From NCBI GenBank assembly GCA_049521795.1, contig JBEKOM010000001.1:224001-288000 (forward strand): a stretch of DNA of 64,000 nt, read 5' to 3'. The DNA comes from Candidatus Bathyarchaeia archaeon. GTDB lineage: Archaea > Thermoproteota > Bathyarchaeia > Bathyarchaeales > Bathycorpusculaceae. The notes beneath the pieces are model-generated. The model ran no database searches. It was not told the origin of the DNA and saw only the letters and a program-made list of their open reading frames with translations. This document shows, piece by piece, positions 10,176 through 18,041 of this stretch (the stretch's first letter is position 1; every line of letters begins with the position of its first letter). The position numbers were made by a program, and so were the translations under genes.

Positions 10176-10697
10176 CTATTCGTTCTTTTCCTTCATTTGT
10201 AGCAGGTGCTTGGCGAGGGTTGAAAAGGTCAAGTAGCGGTAGTGGACTTTGTCATCAAGATCTATGATGAAATGATGAAGGCCGTACTTGCTCAAAGAAC
10301 CGAACTGCTGCAGCCAATGTTGAAACTCCACAAAGTCCGAATAGGTCTGATGAAGAGAGATCACTACTCCGTTAGATCCTTCACCTATGCCTCTCTCAAT
10401 CATCACGGCTTGAGGAATTTCCGACAATCTTTTTCCCTGTTCTTCAATAAGCTTCCTCATGGCTTGCATCTCCTTCGGCGTCTCAAAATTTGCGAAAGTC
10501 AAGGCACAAATGTGGTATCCGATCTTGTTGAAGTCAGGAATAATGGTGTATTCTCTAATGAAGCCACCTTTCATCAGTTTGCCGATCAGTCTACTGACTG
10601 TAGGTTGAGAAACTCCGATCGCTTTTGCCAATTCCCTGTCACTCCTGCGACTGTCCTTCAGAAGCTCAGCAACAAGCCTCACCTCAACGTCCTTCAA
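10176..10697 (-). CDS. Lrp/AsnC-family winged-HTH regulator
   Basis: DSRRSDRELAKAIGVSQPTVSR...YTIIPDF. Confidence 0.88.
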   Translation of the reverse strand: MKDVEVRLVAELLKDSRRSDRELAKAIGVSQPTVSRLIGKLMKGGFIREYTIIPDFNKIGYHICALTFANFETPKEMQAMRKLIEEQGKRLSEIPQAVMIERGIGEGSNGVVISLHQTYSDFVEFQHWLQQFGSLSKYGLHHFIIDLDDKVHYRYLTFSTLAKHLLQMKEKNE

Positions 10698-11141
10698 GAA
10701 TCATTATCCTGCCTTGGCCATACTTCTTTCTGCTTTGCTATAGAGATGAAGAAGGACTATATGTTTCTTTTCCATGATTATGTAGCTACTGAAAGTTGCT
10801 CTGTCTTTCATCTGCCACCACGCCCGCAACGTCTTCCAAGAACGCGAGCGAACTCATAAACGAAGCATAAGACCAGTGAGGCTCTTCTGCGTTAGAGGGT
10901 GGGATTTGAATCTGCAACCAGGCGGTGAAAACTGGCAACTCCTACTTTTTCTATTTTACTTTAGCGTATTTCAAACTATCAGACCTTAATCACGATGAGC
11001 AAAGCTGGGGAAAACGAAGGTCTGCGAAGCATGGCGGTTTCAAAAATATAGGGTCTTCAGAAGGGGTGTGCTTGCAAAGAGACTTCAAAGTTTCGGAAAA
11101 AAGAGCTTATTTGGGAATGCTGTCCTTAGTTCTTCAGTGAG

Positions 11142-11606
11142 ATGCTGAGATTGACGTTCAGAATAGTGAGATATAGAACTGAATATCGGGATGTCGTCGT
11201 GGGGCTGTGGCGAACATGTAACCTAGTCGTTCCCCAGAATGACCCGGTGGAAGACATAGAGAAGAAGATGCATTTCCAACCGAATCTTTTCCTTATAGGC
11301 CTGTTGGATGGGAAGGTGATAGGTTCAATCATGGTTGGTTACGATGGTCACAGAGGTTGGATAAACTATCTTGCTATCACTCCTGAAGATCAGAGATACG
11401 GCTACGGCAGAAAACTGGTTCAAAAAGCCATAGATGAGCTAAAGAAGATGGGTTGCCAGAAGGTAAACCTGCAGATTCGCAGAAGCAATGACAAGGTGAT
11501 CGACTTCTACAAACATATTGGTTTCAAAGAAGATGATGTAGTCAGTCTAGGCATGAGACTCGCTGCAAGGCAACGTACACTTCGTGGCGGGCGGGGTGGG
11601 ATTTGA
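11142..11606 (+). CDS. GNAT acetyltransferase (YpeA-like)
   Basis: MVGYDGHRGWINYLA, QRYGYG and FYKHIGF motifs; the last 22 nt overlap the tRNA 3' end on the other strand. Confidence 0.9.
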   Translation: MLRLTFRIVRYRTEYRDVVVGLWRTCNLVVPQNDPVEDIEKKMHFQPNLFLIGLLDGKVIGSIMVGYDGHRGWINYLAITPEDQRYGYGRKLVQKAIDELKKMGCQKVNLQIRRSNDKVIDFYKHIGFKEDDVVSLGMRLAARQRTLRGGRGGI

Positions 11607-11630
11607 ACCCACGACCACCAACTTAGGAGG

Positions 11631-11644
11631 CTGGTGCTCTATCC
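11631..11644 (+). repeat. Left att core CTGGTGCTCTATCC
   Basis: Identical to 18129-18142. A second 26-bp identity block links 11694-11719 with 18137-18162. Confidence 0.88.
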
Positions 11645-11697
11645 AGACCAAGCCACAATTCAGGGAGCACCCCCCACAAGAATAATGACCCAGCTAT
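11643..11697 (-). other. tRNA intron with bulge-helix-bulge motif (about position 19/20)
   Basis: Central helix GGAC/GUCU with two GGA bulges. Cutting GG^A in each bulge regenerates exactly the intronless D-arm found at 18129-18160. Confidence 0.8.
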
Positions 11698-12640
11698 CCG
11701 TCCTGAGCTACCCGCCCAATACATACAGCAACTACCAAGTATAGAAAAGCTTCTAAGACACCTCGAAGGAAAAGGCCGAAGCCCAAACACAGTAACAGCC
11801 TACACTAAAAACCTCAAAGCCTTAGCACTACGAGCAAACCTACAAGACCCCGAAGCAGTAGAAATAGAAATAGCACGCTACAAAAAGAAAAACGAAAGAC
11901 CCGCAACCAACAACTACAAATCCAAACTATGCGACTGCTACAATACCTACTGCAAATTCTACAAAATCCAATGGGAAAAAGCAATCTACACACCCGAACC
12001 CACAACCATACAACCACCATCCAACGAAAAGATACTAATGTTCGTCGCATCCGCCAAAGGCACACTAAGCCTAAAAATTGACATCAGCAACCAAACAGGA
12101 CTCAGACCCATAGAGGTTCAGGGCGAAAAAGGACTACACGCAAAGGACATTCACCCAGACCAAAAAACAATAACAGCCCGAATAACCAAAGGATGCAACG
12201 CAAGACCACCACTTCCAATATCGCCCGAACTTACCGCAAGACTCCAAACATACATAACAAAAAACAACTTACAACCCGACGACCTACTGTTCAAAGGAAG
12301 CGAACGACGGTACGGCGAACACTTCAGAACCTTCAGAAACAGACTAGCCAAAAAACTAAACGACCCAACAATCAAAACAATCCGACTCTACGACCTAAGA
12401 CACGCCTACGCCACAAGACAACTCCGAAGAACACAAAACGCCGAAACCGTCAGAATAATAATGGGCCACAAAAGACTAGATACAACACAAAAATACCTGC
12501 ACCTACTCGGACTAGACAACGGCGAATGGATAGTTGAAGGAACAACAGACAAAAAACGAGCACAAGAACTACTAACCGCAGACTTCACTTACCAACTGAC
12601 AACACCAGACGGAACAATGCTCTTCAAAAAACCGAAATAA
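11645..12640 (+). CDS. int: Tyrosine integrase, C-terminal part Int(C) of a split gene
   Basis: Frame is open from 11627 with no ATG until 12038. Includes a SAM-like segment (GRSPNTVTAYTKNL) and catalytic TGLRPIE, K, YDLRH and MGH...TTQKY. Confidence 0.9.
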   Translation, partial: RPSHNSGSTPHKNNDPAIRPELPAQYIQQLPSIEKLLRHLEGKGRSPNTVTAYTKNLKALALRANLQDPEAVEIEIARYKKKNERPATNNYKSKLCDCYNTYCKFYKIQWEKAIYTPEPTTIQPPSNEKILMFVASAKGTLSLKIDISNQTGLRPIEVQGEKGLHAKDIHPDQKTITARITKGCNARPPLPISPELTARLQTYITKNNLQPDDLLFKGSERRYGEHFRTFRNRLAKKLNDPTIKTIRLYDLRHAYATRQLRRTQNAETVRIIMGHKRLDTTQKYLHLLGLDNGEWIVEGTTDKKRAQELLTADFTYQLTTPDGTMLFKKPK

Positions 12641-12791
12641 AAACAACCTTCTTTTTCTCCTTTCAGTATCATGCTTAACCATTATGTCGCGCTCGCATCA
12701 CGCTCGCGCTCCAACTTACAAGAACTCAAAACAACAATAAGCAGAAAAGGCAGAGCAGTTAAGCGCGTGCGAACTAATCATTAAATACTGA

Positions 12792-13223
12792 ATGCAACAT
12801 ACTGCTCTTGGTGATTCCACGGAAGAACTGAAGAAGAAGTTTATAGTTGAAGAGAAACTGGATGAAAAACGGGTTACCAATTACGTCGAAAGAATTCTTC
12901 CCTTCTGCAAGATATCGAAAGATGGTATGGTAATAGCTGAAGCCAAAGATTTGAAATCACTGCAGAAAGTCAAGCTGGCTTTGGTAGCGAGATATCTAGC
13001 AAACTATCTCGACAAAAACATACCTGCTGAAGTCACTAACGAGGAATTAAGCACTTCTCTAATTATCCCAGAAGACCAGATTGCGGCAAGAATAGCCGAA
13101 CTAAGAGAAGACAAATTCGCAATTCCTGTGAAAAGAGGTTCGCATCAAGCAAACCCTCTGCAAATTGAAGAATTCATAGCAGAGTTAGAGAACACACACC
13201 AAAAGAAAGCGGAGAAACCTTAG
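12792..13223 (+). CDS. Hypothetical protein, possible winged-helix C-terminus
   Basis: 143-aa ORF whose stop overlaps the next start (TAGTG); EELSTSL...QIAARIAELRE resembles a wHTH. Confidence 0.7.
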   Translation: MQHTALGDSTEELKKKFIVEEKLDEKRVTNYVERILPFCKISKDGMVIAEAKDLKSLQKVKLALVARYLANYLDKNIPAEVTNEELSTSLIIPEDQIAARIAELREDKFAIPVKRGSHQANPLQIEEFIAELENTHQKKAEKP

Positions 13224-14014
13224 TGAATCTGAACGACTACTTTCCTAAAGATGAAGTCGAAGATGCCAAATACATAATTCATGAATTTCATGATAAACTG
13301 CTTCTTGATGACAAACCGAGCGACAAAACTGCATTGCTACTGTCACTCTACATGTGCTCTAACAAGAACAAGCAATCCGAGATTACGTACGGCGAAGTTA
13401 GGAAGCTATTCGTTACGCTTGGCAGAAAGGAAGACAATTTCGCAGTGAATCTGTTCAATGCAAAGAGAGAGGAGCTTGTGGATGAAAGACAAGAAGGGCG
13501 AGCAAAATTACTCAGCTTGAAAGTCAAGGGATTAAAAGAAGTAAAGGACACGTTAGGAGAAACGATTGGAGTCAAAACATGGCTGATTGAATCTGGTAAG
13601 GTTTATAGTGGAAAGAAACTTTTCCAAGAGATAGTAATGTCGAAGATTGGTTCTGCAGCCAAAATCTGTGACCCATATTGCGGAACTAGAATTCTCGAGT
13701 TGATAAGTGGAATTGAACACAAGTGCGCAATCTTTCTTTTGACACAAGCAATCGAACAAAAGGAATCCTTCAAAAGGGAGTTGATAGATTTCTCAAAGGA
13801 ATTTCAGCACTTGAAAATTGAGGTTAGAATTTTCAATGGAAAGACGTTGCATGACAGATACATAATATCGGATGGCAATTGCTGGTCTGTTGGTTCAAGT
13901 CTGAAGGATTTTGGGAATAAAGACACCACATTAACGAAACTGGAAGACGAAGTAAGATATGCCGTAGAAGAAATGTTCGACAAGAGATGGCAAGAAGCCA
14001 CTCCGTTTCCATAA
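13223..14014 (+). CDS. wHTH-like N-terminus plus PLD-like nuclease domain
   Basis: ICDPY strand and HDRYIISD-x6-GSS, an HxR variant of the HxKxxxxD-x6-GS motif. Confidence 0.72.
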   Translation: MNLNDYFPKDEVEDAKYIIHEFHDKLLLDDKPSDKTALLLSLYMCSNKNKQSEITYGEVRKLFVTLGRKEDNFAVNLFNAKREELVDERQEGRAKLLSLKVKGLKEVKDTLGETIGVKTWLIESGKVYSGKKLFQEIVMSKIGSAAKICDPYCGTRILELISGIEHKCAIFLLTQAIEQKESFKRELIDFSKEFQHLKIEVRIFNGKTLHDRYIISDGNCWSVGSSLKDFGNKDTTLTKLEDEVRYAVEEMFDKRWQEATPFP

Positions 14015-14184
14015 ATCGCGCGCGCATAGCAGGAACATAATAGGCATTCGTTACACTTCTATCGTCTTTTCTGTTTTGTGCATTCTGTAAATAGAAAGGC
14101 GCGCTAGGCACAATTCAATGTTAACTATTAGAGAAGCAATCTGGCAGTGCAGTCTTTTTAACCAAGCTGGCTTTATTCTTTGTT

Positions 14185-15120
14185 ATGCTGTCAACGACTC
14201 ATTGTCTGCTCACTGGTGGAAGATGTGCTCATTTACCTATCTCTGTTGAATTGAACAGTTTCTTCGTATCCGAGCCTTACGATGAAGAAAGGCAACAAAG
14301 GGAACTCGCAATCAAGAAAGCACTAGAAGGTTTTAACTACATAATATCGGACCACAAAATCATGAATATTGCTCTCACATGCAAGATATGCCGTCAAATT
14401 CAATCATCAGAATTTGGAATCGTAGACATATCTGGATGTAATCCGAACGTCCTGATTGAATTAGGTATGCTGTACGGTTTCAGCAAACCGACAATTATAT
14501 TACTTAAGAAAAGCGAGCACCCTGAGTTTGACGTTCCATCGAACATTAAGGGAATCGAGCAAATTCGATACGAGGATTTTGACGAAATCACTGGAAAAAT
14601 AAAGAAAACCGTGAGCGTGTTTTTTGAGCTTCGGGCCAAAATGGATGAATACATAATTGACATGAGACCCATGCTTCAGCATCTCATACGGAGGCTTGAA
14701 ATTGAAATTGAAACGAGAAAATTGGTCGAAACTGGACTCAAATCTCAGATTATTGATTTCAAGACTCTTGGAAATGTTGGGGTTGTTATACTTGACAAAG
14801 GAACAAGAAATGGTGTCAAAACAGGCATGATTTTTGAGGTCTACCGCTCTGATAGAATCTCTATGGGAGACTATCTAGAAGAGAATGTTGGTCTAATCAT
14901 AGTGACATTTGCTCAAGAAAGAATTGCACAGTGTCAACCATTACAGATTGACCCAGACCTGCAGTTCTGGAAAGATGTTTCTTCAAACACTTTTGCCAAA
15001 AATGTCGTTAAGCCATACCCGAGTAAGACGTACAAAGATATTTCGATAGAGCAAGCAAAGACTATCCTAAGCAAAGCAGAAATATTGCACGAATACATGT
15101 ACTCTGGTAGGGTATGTTGA
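14185..15120 (+). CDS. Nucleoside 2-deoxyribosyltransferase/TIR-like domain fused to a FlgT_C-like beta domain
   Basis: FVSEPY...IVDISGCNPNVLIELG...KPTIIL at the N-terminus; VILDKGTRNGVKTGMIFEVY at the C-terminus. Confidence 0.7.
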   Translation: MLSTTHCLLTGGRCAHLPISVELNSFFVSEPYDEERQQRELAIKKALEGFNYIISDHKIMNIALTCKICRQIQSSEFGIVDISGCNPNVLIELGMLYGFSKPTIILLKKSEHPEFDVPSNIKGIEQIRYEDFDEITGKIKKTVSVFFELRAKMDEYIIDMRPMLQHLIRRLEIEIETRKLVETGLKSQIIDFKTLGNVGVVILDKGTRNGVKTGMIFEVYRSDRISMGDYLEENVGLIIVTFAQERIAQCQPLQIDPDLQFWKDVSSNTFAKNVVKPYPSKTYKDISIEQAKTILSKAEILHEYMYSGRVC

Positions 15121-15509
15121 TGTCAGCTATGCTGAAGGGCAAAATTCTGAAAATCTTGAGTAGTTACAGCGTTGTCATCAGTCTTGGCAAGGAGCAAGGC
15201 GTTACAAAGGATATGAAATTCATTATTTATGAGGAAGGGGATATGATAAAGGATCCCGAAACTGGAGCAGATATTGAGAAATTGGAAATTCTGAAAGGAG
15301 AAGTGACTGTCACTCAGGTCCAAGAAAAAATCAGCGTTGCAGAAAGCTTTGCGATCGAAAAGAGAGTATACAATCCTCTTGATGTGGTGTACGCATACAC
15401 ATCTAGAACTGTCATAACAAAAGAGAAGAAACCGCTAACTGACGAAGCCATTGAAGCTCCTGCTCCTTCTAAAGTGAAAATCGGAGACCTTGTCAGGCAA
15501 ATTTCGTGA
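15114..15509 (+). CDS. Stand-alone FlgT_C-like beta-barrel protein
   Basis: VVISLGKEQGVTKDMKFIIY...DPETG...VTQVQEKISVA...KIGDLV; overlaps the upstream stop. Confidence 0.68.
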   Translation: MLMSAMLKGKILKILSSYSVVISLGKEQGVTKDMKFIIYEEGDMIKDPETGADIEKLEILKGEVTVTQVQEKISVAESFAIEKRVYNPLDVVYAYTSRTVITKEKKPLTDEAIEAPAPSKVKIGDLVRQIS

Positions 15510-15746
15510 TATCCTCACAACACGATGTTGAACAGGGTGCTCGAGCCAAGTCGTGCGCAACACCAATAACCATACTCTAAAAAGCCTCCAAAATCAGCCA
15601 GCCATCAACAAAAGACCAACGTCTCTTACGATAACCAGACAACTTAACCAAACGCTTCAAGGGAACAGACTCAATACGGCAACCCTGAGCACGAACAGAA
15701 ACAAACAGACGCACCTTGCCCAAAAGCACAGCCTTCATAGCTACCG

Positions 15747-16724
15747 CTATTCGACTCGACGGATTACAGCGTCAGGATAGTTAGGTTGACCGAGCTCATC
15801 AAACTCATAGTCAACAAACCAAGGAACATAGTCAGGGTGACCGACATCCTTAACGATGTGACGCTTACCAACGTAAGCGCACGTACCCATTTCTTCACCG
15901 CAAGCAGGACAGACATCTTCGGACTCCAACCGCACACCCTTAAACTTACGATAACTCATCGAACCAAACCACGTGACAACGTGAAAACGCCCGACACCGA
16001 CCCGAATCGTCGCATGGTTCAACTGATACCAAGCCGTACCGAGAAGGGTCTTGCGTTTATCGTGAACCTTAACGAGAATGCCATCCTTTTCACCGCATCT
16101 ATAATTACGGTCAACAAAGCCACCGCAACCCTTGAAACAAGCCCTCTTGCAAGCACGGCACTTCTCTCGGCCAGCGACAGAAGCGAGAGTGTGATAGTGA
16201 GGACTCCAAACCAAACGCTGAAGGATTCTGTTAATGCGGAATCCGTGAAAAATCATGCAACCGCCGACAACGCCCCTGTCCAGCAAAGCCTTTCTAGCCT
16301 TCACTCGCAACGCGACCTCAGGCAAATGCCTATCAGCCTCAGGAAAAGACACCGTGACGTGCTCGGCAACACCTAGACCACGCCTCTCAGCCTCAATCAA
16401 ACGGCCCTCAATACTACGAGCCTCACGGAGAGCCCAACCGCGAATAAAGCAGACAGGACAGCTACTCTTATGACACCACAGATGCTTATGACGAACAACT
16501 ACCTTATCCGTACAATCTACCCCGCCAACGAAAACGCCTTTATGCCCTTCGACGTTCTTACAAACCTTGTAAGCAACCCAACGACCGCAAAAATCGCAAG
16601 TTTTAGCACCCCTGCCAACAGGCTGATAATTCTCATGCCCAACGTTGTCAACGGGCAGACACCAATACTTATTCTTCAAAATAGCCCTATTCAAACGCAG
16701 ACGCTCAGAAAAGGAACGGTTCAC
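15747..16724 (-). CDS. rep: Rolling-circle replication initiator (HUH endonuclease) with Zn-binding motifs
   Basis: Motif I EHVTVS, motif II SPHYHTL, motif III WYQLNH; several CxxC pairs including C-terminal CPACG. Confidence 0.82.
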   Translation of the reverse strand: MNRSFSERLRLNRAILKNKYWCLPVDNVGHENYQPVGRGAKTCDFCGRWVAYKVCKNVEGHKGVFVGGVDCTDKVVVRHKHLWCHKSSCPVCFIRGWALREARSIEGRLIEAERRGLGVAEHVTVSFPEADRHLPEVALRVKARKALLDRGVVGGCMIFHGFRINRILQRLVWSPHYHTLASVAGREKCRACKRACFKGCGGFVDRNYRCGEKDGILVKVHDKRKTLLGTAWYQLNHATIRVGVGRFHVVTWFGSMSYRKFKGVRLESEDVCPACGEEMGTCAYVGKRHIVKDVGHPDYVPWFVDYEFDELGQPNYPDAVIRRVE

Positions 16725-16748
16725 AGCCTCAACCGATACCAGCCAAAA

Positions 16749-16967
16749 TCACCTCAACTCTCCATTCAAATAACGATCAGGATGCTTCTCTACCCACTCC
16801 ACAAATCTCGCATCCTCTTCATCCTCCTCATCCATCTCACGCTCAAATCTCCTATAATGAGGACATTTGAAACACCTAGCCATGATTCCAAACTTTGCGT
16901 CTTTACGATACGAACAGAGAACGTCAGGCAAAAACGCGCAGGATAACAACGTTTCAGATGAAGCCAT
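16749..16967 (-). CDS. Small Cys-rich protein with acidic tail
   Basis: 72 aa, C-x7-C and CFKC motifs; immediately upstream of rep and co-oriented. Confidence 0.65.
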   Translation of the reverse strand: MASSETLLSCAFLPDVLCSYRKDAKFGIMARCFKCPHYRRFEREMDEEDEEDARFVEWVEKHPDRYLNGELR

Positions 16968-17050
16968 TCCTTACATCCCTCTCTAAATCATTCCCTAATC
17001 AACGAATGAGATATATAGATATTCAAGGGTATACTCATAATTGAGGGACA

Positions 17051-17788
17051 ATGGTGAATCCTAACAATTCCAGCTACAAACAGTACAACCAACAACTGAT
17101 TCTAATGGCTCTTTTAGACGGTCAATGGCACCGAAACATGGAACTCAAAGAGAAAACCAAATTGACCGCTCGCACATTATCCAAGCATTTAGATGAATTG
17201 GAAGAAGAACTTCACTGGATAGAAAAGAAAAAAGATACTGAAAGCGGAAAATACCCATATCCCGTTCTCTACAAAGCCAACCCGACAACCATAAAACACA
17301 CAAAATTCGTCATGTCAATCCACGAATATGCGGACAACATAGAAACAACGTTAAAGGAAACAAAAGACCCCTTCCTAATGTTAGATAATTTTCACATGCT
17401 CAACCAACTAACCTTCACACTAATCTTGATGGCAGTTCAAAGTAACAAATACATGACTTGGAAACAAATAGATTATGCGACAAGCTTCTTTCTTTTTTCA
17501 CCTTACGAAATCTATACTCAAAACCTAGTTACAGCAATCACCAAAGCCATACAATCAGGCGCACGATTTGACGTCAAACAACTATTAGTATCTCAAGCGA
17601 AACGACGAAGAGTAATTCCCGAAGAGATTATCAAACCCTACGACGAACTGGGAATACTAACGCCGTATCCGACAAAGCACGTTACGGCAAAGCGTGACCT
17701 AATAACGCAAGACAAAAATCAAACTTACACACGCACTGGGAAGTCTCCTCGAAGGCATAAGCCTTTCCCTCATTTAAAAAAGAGGTAA
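17051..17788 (+). CDS. Winged-HTH transcriptional regulator (element repressor candidate)
   Basis: ILMALLDG...ELKEKTKLTARTLSKHLDELE...VLY; divergent from the rep operon. Confidence 0.75.
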   Translation: MVNPNNSSYKQYNQQLILMALLDGQWHRNMELKEKTKLTARTLSKHLDELEEELHWIEKKKDTESGKYPYPVLYKANPTTIKHTKFVMSIHEYADNIETTLKETKDPFLMLDNFHMLNQLTFTLILMAVQSNKYMTWKQIDYATSFFLFSPYEIYTQNLVTAITKAIQSGARFDVKQLLVSQAKRRRVIPEEIIKPYDELGILTPYPTKHVTAKRDLITQDKNQTYTRTGKSPRRHKPFPHLKKR

Positions 17789-17870
17789 AGTTAGAAATCA
17801 TCCCGTCATGGAAGCCACACAACTTGAAAACAAAAGTGACTCGCTAGGCTTCCAATGACTAGAATCTTTT

Positions 17871-18041
17871 ATGAAAGGCATATTGCCTTCTCGTCGCGTC
17901 AACGAAAAAACAATGAAGGTCTGTGAAATGAGAATCGGAGATGTGAAAATGAGAACCCTTAATAGAACCCCAGAAGAAGTACGAGTCGCCCAGCTATGGG
18001 CAGAAATGGAACTATCAAAACTTTTGAAGGTGAAAGAATGA
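17871..18041 (+). CDS. Small ORF (up to 56 aa) coupled to Int(N)
   Basis: Manual translation ends ...MRTLNRTPEEVRVAQLWAEMELSKLLKVKE*; its TGA overlaps the Int(N) ATG (ATGA). May start at 17949. Confidence 0.45.
   Translation: MKGILPSRRVNEKTMKVCEMRIGDVKMRTLNRTPEEVRVAQLWAEMELSKLLKVKE

Larger units (their letters stand above)
11585..11717 (-). tRNA. tRNA-Arg(CCT) with encoded CCA and a 55-nt D-loop intron
   Basis: Spliced sequence GGGCGGG TA GCTC AGGACGGATA GAGC A CCAGC CT CCT AA GTTGG TGGTC GTGGG TTCAAAT CCCAC CCCGCCC G CCA forms a full cloverleaf. Confidence 0.93.

Noticed and set aside
11694-11719. 26-bp repeat block as the crossover site (host-owned intron model)
   Set aside because: Disfavoured because it gives no in-frame integrase on the circle and does not need the extra core identity across the intron junction; not formally excluded.
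12038-12640. 200-aa stand-alone integrase call
   Set aside because: It lacks the N-terminal domain, which is encoded in the open frame upstream; this is the tail of a split gene.
12685-15560. CGCG-rich motifs in spacers around the cargo pairs (~12687, 12762, 14016, 14098, 15552) as cassette recombination sites
   Set aside because: No consistent repeat or attC-like fold could be aligned by eye.
15553-16946. Plus-strand ORFs overlapping rep
   Set aside because: Shadow ORFs; the T-poor + strand has few stop codons.
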